Below are positions 20,663 to 32,210 of a stretch of 64,000 nucleotides of DNA, piece after piece. Source of the stretch: Perkinsela sp. CCAP 1560/9 (taxonomy: Eukaryota; Protista; Euglenozoa: Kinetoplastea); contig CBFFSA010000001.1 in the NCBI GenBank assembly GCA_965644495.1, positions 3,658,001 through 3,722,000 of the forward strand. The letters run 5' to 3'. Numbering within the stretch: position 1 is the first letter of the stretch; each line of letters starts with the position of its first letter. Under the pieces are notes generated by a model that had not been told where the DNA came from, did no database searches, and worked only from the letters and a program-made list of their open reading frames with translations. Both the position numbers and the translations under genes were made by a program.

Positions 20663-21352
20663 ATGAACTTTGCAGACCCTTCTTCGTCACGATTAGGAAA
20701 GGCGCGGAAAATAGCTCTTCCCCCAGAACACATCTTGTCTGAGTTTGTAGCGAACGTTACGAATCCCCACGAGTCGTGGACCAGCCATACTCCGGCATGT
20801 TCTTGGTTCGGACTCACCTGTGATTCTAGCGGCCACGTCACCGAGATTAACTGGCGAAACCTAAATGTCGGCGGTCCCCTCCAGTGGGCCTTCCTTGTTT
20901 TCTCGTTGCAAAAGATTGAGCTGACAAAGTTTTCTGCTTTGAAAAATCGATTTTACGGACCGCTTTCTCTCTCCCAATTGCCTCCTACCCTGCGCTACCT
21001 CTCTGTCTATGGCAACGCATTTACAGGATCCATCGATTTAACAAACTTACCCAAGACCATGGAATATTTGTCCGTTGGCGATAATGCTCTCTCTGGGAGC
21101 ATCGATCTCTCGTGTCTTCCATCAACGCTACGCTCTTTGGACTTGTCCTATAATATAGATCTCGGAGGGGACATTAACCATAAAGAGCTGCCCGCCTCCC
21201 TTACAGAGCTAGAAACGGAAGGTACAAACATCGATGCAGAAAAAAAAGGGATAACACCCTGGGATTCATTTGATAAAAAGGATTTGGAAAACAGAATGAA
21301 GATGCCGGGAATCGACGAAATGTTTGGGCAAAATGACTTTCAGCTTCCGTAG
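20663..21352 (+). CDS. Short LRR protein
   Basis: Cap 'ESWTSHTPACSWFGLTCDSSGHVTEINW'; LRRs 'NAFTGSIDLTNLPKTMEYLSVGDNALSG'. Confidence 0.9.
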   Translation: MNFADPSSSRLGKARKIALPPEHILSEFVANVTNPHESWTSHTPACSWFGLTCDSSGHVTEINWRNLNVGGPLQWAFLVFSLQKIELTKFSALKNRFYGPLSLSQLPPTLRYLSVYGNAFTGSIDLTNLPKTMEYLSVGDNALSGSIDLSCLPSTLRSLDLSYNIDLGGDINHKELPASLTELETEGTNIDAEKKGITPWDSFDKKDLENRMKMPGIDEMFGQNDFQLP

Positions 21353-21609
21353 CCAATTTTGCAAAGGGAAGGTGTACTGCCGTTTGGACGGGTGCGAAAT
21401 CAAATCAATATTCTGCATGAACATAGATATAAATGAATAGTGCGGGTAGAGAGTTTTCATTCGATGCTTCTCAGCGGTTATTTATTATTTTTTGTATGGA
21501 ATCAACTTCAGTGTGAAAAAGTTGTTGTCTATCACAATGTGTAGTCCCAGCGTGTGAAATGAAATGAACCTTCACGCTTTTTGTCGCATTTGAACAGACT
21601 TTACTTTTC

Positions 21610-22449
21610 ATGTCATTAAATTCCATTGTCTCCGTCCTTGTGATGCTGGCTCACACTGAAGTGTCTTCTTCATCGGCATGGAAAACTGCAAATCTTTGTT
21701 TATGCACAGACAAGAATGTCCGTGCGGCAAAGACAAAAGGTGCTTTCTACTCCGACGAAATCTACATGCAACGCTTGATTCAAAAAATATCTTTTGCAAG
21801 TCTTGATCAGGTTTTTTATTATGGCTACTCTGCTACTGTGGAAGATGCGCAGTCAAGGCCACCCATATGGAACACTCCATGTAAATGGAATGGGGTTCAT
21901 TGTGACGACGAGTCTCGAGTCATAGAACTCACGTGGATATATTTTAAGATGCGCGGGGAGATCGATCTTGCGCATTTACCGCCACTTGTGCGTCTAGTTA
22001 GCTTAGAGTTTAATCATCTCACTGGTTCTCACGACTTTTCTGGTCTTCCCGTTGCTCTTGATAAAATTAGAACAGAAGCAAACCGCTTTGCGTGTCCCGT
22101 AGATTTGACTTCCTTACCTTCATCTTTGACCATACTATGTGTGTCTCGAAACAAACATTTCGGCGAGGTGGACTTAACGACACTTCCACAGCGGATGACT
22201 TCACTGGGTTTACAAAGAAACGAGTTTTCGGGATCAGCTTCGCTGGCTTTTTTACCTTCCACTTTAGCAGGAATATTTCTGAACAATAACAATTTTTCTG
22301 GTGAACTTGATCTGCGTACATTGCCGGGATCATTACTTTTCTTATCCGCAGAAAATAATAAATTTACCCGTGTAAGCGGTTTGCAGAACCTGCCACAAAA
22401 TCTGATTCTGGAGCTTAACGGAAACCTTTTTCAGGGTGAATCCTGGTAA
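21610..22449 (+). CDS. LRR protein with possible signal peptide
   Basis: Hydrophobic start 'MSLNSIVSVLVMLA'; cap 'PCKWNGVHCDDESRVIELTW'; ~6 LRRs. Confidence 0.9.
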   Translation: MSLNSIVSVLVMLAHTEVSSSSAWKTANLCLCTDKNVRAAKTKGAFYSDEIYMQRLIQKISFASLDQVFYYGYSATVEDAQSRPPIWNTPCKWNGVHCDDESRVIELTWIYFKMRGEIDLAHLPPLVRLVSLEFNHLTGSHDFSGLPVALDKIRTEANRFACPVDLTSLPSSLTILCVSRNKHFGEVDLTTLPQRMTSLGLQRNEFSGSASLAFLPSTLAGIFLNNNNFSGELDLRTLPGSLLFLSAENNKFTRVSGLQNLPQNLILELNGNLFQGESW

Positions 22450-22956
22450 CGTGCTCTCAGTCTCTGTCCGCTCCTTACCAACATGATTCTTTTGATCATT
22501 TGTTCGTCAGAACTTTGGAACTACAAAAAAAATGCACCTATCAACGGATACCATGCAAGTTGCTCATACATTGTATTTCATTCAGTTGCTCATACATGTA
22601 TTTCAGTTGGCTCCGGATGACACTGACTGAGGAGAAAATATTTGGTCGATTTTTGGATCATCGGATCCCATTTTTATACTTTTTCCTTTGCTTTTACTAG
22701 CTCGATTAGGACCGCATGCATAGTTCCTGTCGCGTTTTGACTGACACGAACTGACTAATCATGTCGCGTTCTGGCTGACATTGAGTAGCACGAACTGACA
22801 CTAACTGACACTGATTAACACTGCCTGACTGTATAGTGTCCCATAGACAGGTGCATTCTTTCCGATAGTCGACTACTAGAGTCATCGCCGAGGACTCATT
22901 TTTTTTTCCTACGACTGGTCAAAACTAAGGTACACTTAATTACAGATGCAAATATA

Positions 22957-23281
22957 CTCCCCCTCTCATTAATAATTATAAACCACCAAAAATCATTAAA
23001 GGGATCATTTATAGAAATTTAATGAGATTATAATTCTGAGTCTCACTTTTATAATTATAAACCTCAAATTCTTCATTTTTTATCTACAAAGACACCTGTA
23101 CTACATACTTTGCACTAAAAATTGCTTCCAAGTTGAACGAAGTGTCTCGAAAATCAAGAAATTGAAGTCCATAGTAGGAAAAAATCATTATCGAATCTCA
23201 TTAATAATTATAAACTATAATTATAATTATAAACTAAAAAGGTTTATAGATTATAATTATAATTATTAATGAGAGGGGGAG
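22957..23281. mobile_element. TA-flanked MITE (Tc1/mariner, Stowaway-like ends)
   Basis: TIR ctccccctctcattaataattataa and exact inverse; TA at 22955-56 and 23282-83. Confidence 0.9.
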
Positions 23282-23497
23282 TAGAACGTTCCTGATCTAA
23301 AATTAAAAAGAGGGCGTCACCTACACGTGAGGGGCTGCGGGGCGCGGGTTCGGTGATGCACACCTGCAGCCCCTCATAATTAACGTCACCCGTCATAGTG
23401 TTCTTCACTACACACCTTCGGCTTGATTTTCTTTTCTTTTTGAAGGCAACTCTTTCTTTACACCCCTCCACCCCTTTCTTCCCCCTCCCCTCCCCCC

Positions 23498-24760
23498 ATG
23501 CCCCCGTACAAACCCTCCGGCCGGTTCCGTTTCTGCATCTCCAACACGCGCAAATCCCACCACCTCATGCCCCGCCGCCCCCACACCCGCGGCAGTGGGG
23601 TCGCCAACAAGTCCCCCGAGGAGTACCCCTCCAGTCTCACCTACGGGTGTACCAAAATGGGACTCGCCTGGTATTACAAGCAACGGCGCCGGGGGCCGTA
23701 CGCGAAGTTCCCGTGGGTGGAGTGGAGCCTGGACCCCGTGGGCCACACCCGCCCACCCCGTGACCGTGCGTTCTCGGATCAGCTCCCCAGGGATAATGTC
23801 CCGGGGTGGAACATGTACCAAAGCGATGGGGAGGACTTTCGTATGGACCCGAGCCAGACCCCGCTGGTGGGGTTAGTCCCGGTGATACAAAAGTATGCGG
23901 GGGCGACGTGGGGCTCGGAAAAGCTACGGGGGTATTTGGTCACGCTCCAGGAGTGGTTTCCGACGGTGCGGGAGGTGGTGAGGTTTTTTGCATCGGATCC
24001 CAGGATGGCGATGGGGGCGACCACGGGTGGGTTGTTTGGTGGGGGTGGGAGTCCCCGGATGACGCTCCCCGGGGAGGGGTGTCCGAGTCGGACAGCGTTG
24101 ACCATTAGTGCGTTAAGTACGGGAACGATTGAGCCGTACCATCATGTTCGAGTGAGGAGTTTGGTGGAAATATTGGAACAATCTTCGAAATTCGTTGGTG
24201 CTGCGACAAACGAGACATCTCTGGATCCGGACAAAGAGAAGAATCTTTCCGCCACACAGAATAAGACTGTCTTTATCCCCGAAGGATTTTTGCTGCATTT
24301 CACACTTCTAGTAGAGGCCGTTGACGATCAGTTTTTTGCGAAGCGCTACCGCAGTGAGCTGCACAGCCAGCACGGTGTGTTGCGTACGCGGCAAGGGGAG
24401 CGGTACTACGCTTTGCCGCATCCCCGAACGGGACCGGCATGGCCGCAGGCAACGGCCCAAGCCGGTCATTATGAGCCTGCTTTCGGCGCGACACGAATGC
24501 TCCCGCAAGATCATTATGGTGGGTACCCCTCCTATCACAGAAAGCTGTACAACCCTCCTCGGATAACCGCTCCTTTGGATAGTGAGGCGAGTGGAAAAAA
24601 TGAGGCGGATGTAAAGTTTCCGCAGAGTGGGACAAAATCGAAAGGGAAGGACACTGGTGAAGAGGAAATCGACGTGTTGAAGGAAAAGATCTTTCCTGGA
24701 TATTTTCATCCGTCCTATGTGTTCGATCGTCCGACGCGTACGAATATGATGCCTCCGTAG
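23498..24760 (+). CDS. Conserved-looking kinetoplastid protein, possibly mitoribosomal
   Basis: 420-aa ORF; basic, aromatic, Pro-rich N-terminus like kinetoplastid mitoribosomal proteins. The function is a guess. Confidence 0.55.
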   Translation: MPPYKPSGRFRFCISNTRKSHHLMPRRPHTRGSGVANKSPEEYPSSLTYGCTKMGLAWYYKQRRRGPYAKFPWVEWSLDPVGHTRPPRDRAFSDQLPRDNVPGWNMYQSDGEDFRMDPSQTPLVGLVPVIQKYAGATWGSEKLRGYLVTLQEWFPTVREVVRFFASDPRMAMGATTGGLFGGGGSPRMTLPGEGCPSRTALTISALSTGTIEPYHHVRVRSLVEILEQSSKFVGAATNETSLDPDKEKNLSATQNKTVFIPEGFLLHFTLLVEAVDDQFFAKRYRSELHSQHGVLRTRQGERYYALPHPRTGPAWPQATAQAGHYEPAFGATRMLPQDHYGGYPSYHRKLYNPPRITAPLDSEASGKNEADVKFPQSGTKSKGKDTGEEEIDVLKEKIFPGYFHPSYVFDRPTRTNMMPP

Positions 24761-24974
24761 GATGGGGAATAGTATTGTAGTAAAACTTTTTCCCCGGTGT
24801 AATTTTTCTTCAGCTATCAAACGCTGTAAATAGTTTGGATTAAAATGAACACGAAGTTGCGTTTGATTCATATTTTAATCTTTTCTGGAAGCATTTTTTT
24901 AAGCTACTTGCGTATGCCCCGTGTTCTTATTACTTATCAAAACGATTAAAACTTTCTTTAAAATACACGAGGAA

Positions 24975-27763
24975 ATGACTCTCTCCCGTTTTGCAAGACT
25001 CTCACGAAAGCGCTCGTCGCATGGAATAACTCAAACAAAAGTTCAAAAACGCTCCAAGTCTAAGAAGGGTGAAACCAATGCAGGAGAGTCTTCTTTCTTA
25101 CTTCCCCCAAATGCAACCGGTACGATGCTGACTACGAAGGGTCCAATTGCCATCCCCCGTCCCCATGAAGTGTGGTATGGCGCCAAGCCAGGCGAATTAC
25201 GGGGCACCTCGCCAGAAAAGTTGATAGATCCTCCGATTAAGATGCAGGATTCTCTCTTCTGGCTCCGCGATGACAAGCGTACAGATCCGGTTGTGCTAGC
25301 ACACCTTGCCGCGGAAAATTCCTATACCGAGACGAAGACAGCTCATCTTCGTACGTTACGTGAAAAGATTTACAAAGAACACATTCAACATCTAAAAGAA
25401 ACGGATCGAGAGGCCCTCTATGAAATCGGTTCTCAAGGTATGTACTTCTATTACAAGAGAACTGTAAAAGGCAAATCCTACCCTATTTATTGTCGTATTG
25501 CACAGAAGAAGACTCCGGTCTATGCATTAAGAAGTGAGACTGCCACGGTGAAATCGTCAAAACAAAATTTCGACGGCCCTCTTCCACACGAGGAAATTCT
25601 TCTTGATGTTAATTTTGTTGCACATCAGTCAAAAGAGGCACCTCACTGCACCGTGTCTACCCTGAAACCCGAACCCACAAAGCATCAATTACTGGCATAC
25701 ACCTTAGACCGCAAAGGGGATGAAGTATTCTCTATTCACTTTCGGAGTACGGCAACATCGAAACTGAATTTGAAAGAAGTCATAGAAAATGTCAGTGGCG
25801 ATGATTTGGAGTGGTCTCCCTGTGGCCGCTTTGTGTTTTATGTGACCAAAGATGAAGTGAAACGACCATGGAAGGTGTGGGTTCATCTTCTTGGGACTTC
25901 CACATCTCGGGATCAGTGCATATTCACTGAAAGAGATGAGCTTTACGACGTAGGAATTAGAAAATCAATTTGTGGGAATTTTCTTCTTTTGGGTTGTTTC
26001 AGCTCAGAAACAACCGAGGAGCAAATTCTTTCTTTTTCTGACCTTGAGACCGACCAGACTAAGCCGAATAAACTTCGTTCCTCCAAAATTGATACGACTT
26101 TGAAACTTTCGTGTCAAATACGAAATAACTTGGTGTGTGTACAATCACGTACCTTTGGTATCCGCTATGAAGTTTTCCCACACCCCGACGGCACCGTTCT
26201 AGTCTTATCCAATCACAACACACAAATCAATAATGTTTTGGCATGGACTACCATGAAAAAAATTCGCGAAAAGCCAATTAAATCGCTAAAGCCGGATTTT
26301 TTTAACGAAATGGAGATTATTGTTCCTCATCGTGACGACAGGACTCTTACGGACGTCACCCTCTTCCGAAATTTTGCCATTGTTTCTGGACGAGAGCATG
26401 GTTTAACCGCTCTCTGGGTACTTTCTCTTGCTTCTTTCAAAAGCATACCATCGCAACGCAAGTCTCAAAAGAAACGTAAACACGCCATATCCACCCCCGT
26501 CGATCCACACCCTTTCTCCCTCCACCCGATTTCCATGTCCTCCACTGCGTACTCCCTCCACGTCTCCTGCCAAAACCAAAACTTTGAAACTGACACTGTA
26601 CGTGTGGAGTACTCCACCCCCATCACCCCTCCCATCCTCTACGACATTAACTGTGCCACCCCCTCACAGCGAACGACTATACACACCACAGTCGTCCCTC
26701 ACTACGACCCCTCCCACTACGTGTGTGAACGTCACACCGTTCCCTCCATTGGAGGGGTTAACGTGGATCTTACATTAGTTCGGAAAGTGGATTTTTCATC
26801 ATCATCTCACCCCAATGAAGATAAACCTCAAGACACCAACAACAACAACAAACCTAAAAAGAACAGCAACCAAAACAAAAACAAGGGTCTTAAAAATAAG
26901 ACAAAAGACAACCCAAATGAAAACAAAAGCCATAACCCTTATGAAAACAATGACCATCAAAACAAGGCCAATAAAAACCAGGACCACCCAAAAGCAGACC
27001 CTCCCAACCCCCATGACCCCCCCCCACACCCCCCCTCCCCCCCAGCCCACCCTCCTCTACGGGTACGGCTCCTACGGGGTCCCCCTCGACCCCGGTTTCT
27101 CCCTCGCCCCCCTCCCCTACCTCTCCCGCGGGGTCCCCCACGCCACCGCCCACACCCGCGGGGGCGGGGAGAACGGCCGCGCGTGGCACCGCACCCACGG
27201 CGCGTACCTCACGAAGGCCAACACCTTCCACGACTTCATCGCGTGCGCGGAGTACCTCGTGGGCCAGCGGCTCACCCCCCCCCGGGGCGCTGGCCATCGA
27301 GGGCCGCAGCGCCGGGGGGCTGCTGCTGGGCACGGTGCTGAATTGGCGCCCCGAGCTGTTTAGGGTGGCGCTGGCGGGGGTGCCCTTTGTGGATGTCATG
27401 ACCACCATGGGGGATGGGCGTATCCCGCTCACGGTGGGGGAGTGGCAGGAGTGGGGGAACCCGAATGAGGGGGTGTTCCATGCCTACATGAGGGGGTACG
27501 CCCCGATGGAGAATATTCGGGAACAGGCCTACCCCCATGTGTTGGCGCTCGGGGGGTTGCACGATAGCCGGGTGGGGTATTGGGAGCCAACAAAGTGGGT
27601 GAGTCGGCTGCGGGAGGCGAACACGGAGAGGGGGTCGGATATTTTGTTAAAAATGGATATGGATGTGGGGCATTTTAGTGCCTCGGATCGGTATAGGTAT
27701 TGGGAGGAGTTGGCGTTTGAGCAGGCGTTTGTGTTGGATAAGTTGGGAAAAGGGAGTGGGTAG
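24975..27763 (+). CDS. OPB: Oligopeptidase B (S9A serine peptidase); two apparent frameshifts in poly-C runs
   Basis: 'WLRDDKR', 'LYGYGSYG', 'RGGGENGRAW', 'NTFHDFIACAEYL', 'EGRSAGG' (catalytic Ser), 'VPFVDV', 'EWGNP', 'DSRVGYWEP', 'GHF', spread over three frames. Confidence 0.9.
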
Positions 27764-28023
27764 TGAGGGAAAAGGGAGTGACGTATGTAGATTGGTTCTT
27801 ATGCAGAGTGGTTGTGTATTTTTTATTTTTTTCGAATGTACAACTCGTGTAAGGGGTTGCCTCTTTCGTCAAAAGCACGCGAGACACTTCTTAAAACTTT
27901 GTACATGGTAACAAGCAAAAGTTGTTCATGGAAGCACTACAATTTTTGTGAAGGAAATTGCAAGCAAAAGCTCAATTGTATTCAAAAAAATCTAAATTTG
28001 GAGATCTTCATATCCTACCTAAA

Positions 28024-28707
28024 ATGTTCAACCCAGTTTTTCTTGCCTATAGTCACGACTCTCATCCCCGTGCTGCGAAAATACAGCGTTCTGTTTTGCC
28101 TCTAGAAATGCAGCTCGAAAGATTTGTTTCCAATGTAACCAACCGAGACCCTAGTTGGGATTTACAATCTTCAGTGCGTCATTGGCAGGGCTTTTTCTTT
28201 CACTCTTCCGGGTGCTTAAGTCAGATTTGGTTCGCCCGTAAGTCGTTTGGGGGTAATTTATCCTGGACTTTTCTTCCTGAATCCGTACATGACATTACAG
28301 TAAAGGGGGGTGACTTTCAGGGAACTGTTCCATTTGAGAATCTACCTCGGGGGCTAACCTACCTGGATATCTCGAGTAATCGTTTTACAGGTCAAGTTAG
28401 CTGGGAGGTCCTCCCCACTGCGTTGCGAATACTGAATCTCTCAGAAAATTTATTTACGGGAAAAATTGATCTTACGTGCCTACCGCCGCAGATCGATATT
28501 TTGGATTTAAGCAAGAATCGTTTCTCGGGGGAGATCTCGCTTCATCGGCTTCCACCTTCTCTGAAAACTCTACTGTTGGCCGACAATGAACTAAATGGTT
28601 CCGTTGATCTTGAGCCGGTGGATGCATCTGTAAAAAAGTTGGACCTTCGCTCCAATAAGTTTGTGAACATTAGGCCTAAGGTGATTCCAAGCTTTGTACA
28701 GGCATAA
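28024..28707 (+). CDS. Short LRR protein
   Basis: 'NVTNRDPSW..WQG' cap; LRRs 'LTYLDISSNRFTGQVSWEVLPTALRILNLSENLFTG'. Confidence 0.9.
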   Translation: MFNPVFLAYSHDSHPRAAKIQRSVLPLEMQLERFVSNVTNRDPSWDLQSSVRHWQGFFFHSSGCLSQIWFARKSFGGNLSWTFLPESVHDITVKGGDFQGTVPFENLPRGLTYLDISSNRFTGQVSWEVLPTALRILNLSENLFTGKIDLTCLPPQIDILDLSKNRFSGEISLHRLPPSLKTLLLADNELNGSVDLEPVDASVKKLDLRSNKFVNIRPKVIPSFVQA

Positions 28708-29010
28708 TTTATGTACGTGGAATGTTTCGTACCTTTGTGTTTATGGTTCGAACTTCAAAAAATGCAATTTTTGAGCAGTTTTCAAACAATAAATTTTAAG
28801 AGATCATGTTGTACTGCGTACCTAGCGGGGGCACGATGAAAAAAAGAGAGAGAGAAAGAGTACACCCGAAAAGGAATACCATACTTCATAATCATGAAAG
28901 AAAAACTATTTTGCAGCCATCTTAATCATGACACACATGTACTTTGATCTCTGTATTTCGCATTTTTATTAACATAAATTTGTCAAACTAATGCAAAGGT
29001 TACGCAGAAG

Positions 29011-29802
29011 ATGAGAAATACATGCATGTTTTCCCAGACACTGATTTTTTTCTTAAGTATAAGAATCACCATCATTATGATGCGACTCTGTAGTCTTGCG
29101 GATGACATGAGCTCAAGGCGGGGAAAGGTAAGCGTCTCACTTCTTTCCTCAGAGATGTCTATGAAGCGACTTGTGGAAGACTTGGAACTGCACGATCCAT
29201 CCGGTAGGAAGCGAAAGGACAAGAAATTTCCTAAAAAGAAACCAGTTTGCAGCTGGGAAGGTGTATCTTGTAATCTCGAGCATGAAATCCTACGAATTGG
29301 TTGGGCCTATAGTGGACTTCGCGGTAACATTAGTTGGTCTTTTTTTCCGTCTACAGTGGCTGACATCAATTTACGAAGCAATGCACTCCGTGGTGAAATT
29401 ATTTCTTCAGCTTTACCAGAAGGTCTCGTTGAGTTGAGTTTGGCCAACAACTTATTTTCTGGACCCCTTGATCTTGCAAAGCTCCCCAAAACTATACAAC
29501 ATCTTAATGTAGGCGGGAATAAGTTGTCTCAAGCCTCTGGATTTTGCGAACTCCCTGAGCAGATACGGGAAATACATCTTGAAGATAATTCTTTGCGAGG
29601 CACTCTTGACCTTTCTACATTGCCGGCTTCATTGAAATTCATGAATTTATCAGAAAACGCTTATGAGGGTATTCTTAATCTTACCGAAGTCATTCAAGCG
29701 GGTATTTTGCGTCTGGATATTCGAGGGAATTTTTTCACAGAGCAATGCCCAAACGGTGATCAAGATCGTATCAAGTTTCATCCACAAAAAGAAAAGCCTT
29801 AA
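29011..29802 (+). CDS. Short LRR protein with hydrophobic leader
   Basis: 'PVCSWEGVSCN' cap; LRRs 'LVELSLANNLFSGPLDLAKLP'. Confidence 0.9.
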   Translation: MRNTCMFSQTLIFFLSIRITIIMMRLCSLADDMSSRRGKVSVSLLSSEMSMKRLVEDLELHDPSGRKRKDKKFPKKKPVCSWEGVSCNLEHEILRIGWAYSGLRGNISWSFFPSTVADINLRSNALRGEIISSALPEGLVELSLANNLFSGPLDLAKLPKTIQHLNVGGNKLSQASGFCELPEQIREIHLEDNSLRGTLDLSTLPASLKFMNLSENAYEGILNLTEVIQAGILRLDIRGNFFTEQCPNGDQDRIKFHPQKEKP

Positions 29803-30286
29803 GAGTCGGAGTTTCGTGTTAGAAAAACTTGCGAGTTAACCTCGTTTTGAAAAGCTACTCTTAATTTTAAGTAATTTGTTTATTTTCAAAAGTACCAAAT
29901 TTTCGGAAGAAGGAATACAAATGAGACTTTCAAATATTTCAATTATTTTTAAAAGTCCACATTTTAGGTGCGTCGAACAAACATCAGCATAAACGATGTT
30001 CGATACAACAAAATAAGTTAAGCTGTACAAAGTAAGTATGAATGACGTGCACTCCACGTAAAAAGTATCGTTCCTAATAAAGGCCGATGAAAAAAGTATT
30101 CGAGTCTGCAGATGGGGTAGGTTAGGGTAATTGTTTTCACGGTGCTGTTTTGCATCCTGGTACATGATTTAATATTTATAATCGTCTGCAATATTGAGCA
30201 CTTCCTTAAATTTTTTACATGCAATGGCAAATTTGTGACGTGTTGAATATGTGAAAATACTCTGCACAATATTTCAAGGCGTACGT

Positions 30287-31831
30287 ATGCTTAACTTTCC
30301 TCGATTCCGATTTCCCTTTTCTTTGCGACACCCGATACTTCTCTTTCATTCGCGTCGGGATGGTATTGAAGCTCGTTGCTGTTTTTTTTTTTACGCCCTG
30401 CGATTTTTCACGTTTTCCCTCCCAGTCAAGAGTAGAAATGAATTTCTTCCCACGCAATCTGCAGACTCTCTCCATCTCTCTCCTCTCGTCAACGACAGCT
30501 CCGCAACAAATTCATCTCCTACGCACCTGACACCCGAAATCATTTCGCAGGAGAAACAAGAAATCGGAACTCATCACACCCACCCACCACCTTCCCCCTC
30601 CGTTCTTATTACCTCCTCACCCCCTCCCACCAGTCCACTCATCACCCTACAACCCCACCACCGCGTAATGCAAATCCTAATGCACCCACCCCACGTCGAA
30701 TTCTCCCCCACCACCCCTCCCTTCCGTAACCGCCCATCCTCTCCTCGACCTCAACCCTCCCCATCGCCTTTCTCTCCTCCTTCCCCCCACCACTACCTCA
30801 CCACCCCCTTACTCCAATCCCTCTGTGACATCCTCCTCTGGATTGAACAATCCCTCGATTTCGACGGCGCTGTCTTAGGCACCACATCAACCGTCACTCC
30901 CATTCCATCCACATCAAGTTTCTACCCCAACAACAATAGCAACCACAGCAACAATAACCCTAACCCTCCCCATACCCCTCGAATCACACCTTGGACTTCC
31001 CCAACAGCAACACAGCCTTCGACACAACATCGAAACCCCTCATCCCCCTTGCAGGACACTACCCGTATGGATCGACCAACAGAGGCTCAAAAGGGCTTAA
31101 GGACTTCTTCTATTTCTTCTTCTTCTTCTCCCTTATCCTCCCCCTCCCTCCCCTTCAGTCACGGCCTCGACCCCTCGTTTCTTCTCCATGCCACCAGTGC
31201 GGACTTCGAGACGTTCTGGCACCACCTGCAACAGACCTGGCTCGTGCTGCAGCATCTCCACAAACCGGTGGTCGCCGCCCTAAGCGGCACAGCCAGCGGT
31301 CTGGGATGTGCTCTGGCGCTCGCCTGTGACGGGCGAGTGGCCAGTGAGGAGGGAGGGAGAGGGGAGGGGGGGGGAGAGAGGAACCGGGAGGGGGCGTCGT
31401 TGGGGAGGGACGGGGTACGGATGGGGTTGGATGAGGTGCGGTATGGTTTCGTGCCCCCTCCGTGGGTGAGTGCACATCTGGGGTATGTGGTGGGGGCACG
31501 ACATGCGGAGAGGATGATACAGAGTGGGGTGTTGGTGGGTGTAACGGAGGCAAGGAGGCTGGGGATGGTGGATGAGGTTACGGGTCGTAGTGATCCGAAT
31601 CCGTTCGCGGTGTTGTGCGTGAATCGTATGCTCGCGCTCCCGAGTTATGGTCGTGCTGCGGTGAAGGCAATGATGCGTCGTGAGCTGTGTAGATCGCTCA
31701 GGACGGTGACGGATCGTGTGCGTGACTTGGAGTATTTTAGTGCACTGCGAGAGTCGAGGACGTTTCGAAACAATTTGGAGCATTATTTAAAAAGGAGGAC
31801 CCGGAGTGGGTGCGAAAATTCGGTTGTCTAG
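30287..31831 (+). CDS. Crotonase-family enoyl-CoA delta-isomerase (mitochondrial) with low-complexity inserts
   Basis: 'FSHGLD', 'KPVVAALSGTASGLGCALALACDGRV', 'MGLDEVRYG', 'EARRLGMVDEV'. Confidence 0.8.
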   Translation: MLNFPRFRFPFSLRHPILLFHSRRDGIEARCCFFFYALRFFTFSLPVKSRNEFLPTQSADSLHLSPLVNDSSATNSSPTHLTPEIISQEKQEIGTHHTHPPPSPSVLITSSPPPTSPLITLQPHHRVMQILMHPPHVEFSPTTPPFRNRPSSPRPQPSPSPFSPPSPHHYLTTPLLQSLCDILLWIEQSLDFDGAVLGTTSTVTPIPSTSSFYPNNNSNHSNNNPNPPHTPRITPWTSPTATQPSTQHRNPSSPLQDTTRMDRPTEAQKGLRTSSISSSSSPLSSPSLPFSHGLDPSFLLHATSADFETFWHHLQQTWLVLQHLHKPVVAALSGTASGLGCALALACDGRVASEEGGRGEGGGERNREGASLGRDGVRMGLDEVRYGFVPPPWVSAHLGYVVGARHAERMIQSGVLVGVTEARRLGMVDEVTGRSDPNPFAVLCVNRMLALPSYGRAAVKAMMRRELCRSLRTVTDRVRDLEYFSALRESRTFRNNLEHYLKRRTRSGCENSVV

Positions 31832-32210
31832 ATGAGTTGGTGGTCCCAATCTTTAACAACATTTTGAATGGTTTTTAAATGGGCATTACTCAACACCTCT
31901 TTTATTTGGAGCAACAAGTGCTCTTGGTGTTCTTGGTTTATCCTTTTTTAATCTTTTTCTTGCCTTGTTATGCGTAATATTCTTGCTTTGAGGGACCTTT
32001 TTTACAAAAATCAAGGGTCTTCTTTAGAATTTGTTTTATCGCTGATATTAAGAGATCGTTCTCGCTTAGCTTCAATCGCAAAAACTTTGTTTTTGATATT
32101 TACGAGGCATTTAAAATATATCGTTTTCACTAAAAAAAAGAGCTTTGCTTAACTTTATTTTTGCAAAAAGTGAACGTCAATTACTGCTATTCTTTTTAGT
32201 ACACACGCTC

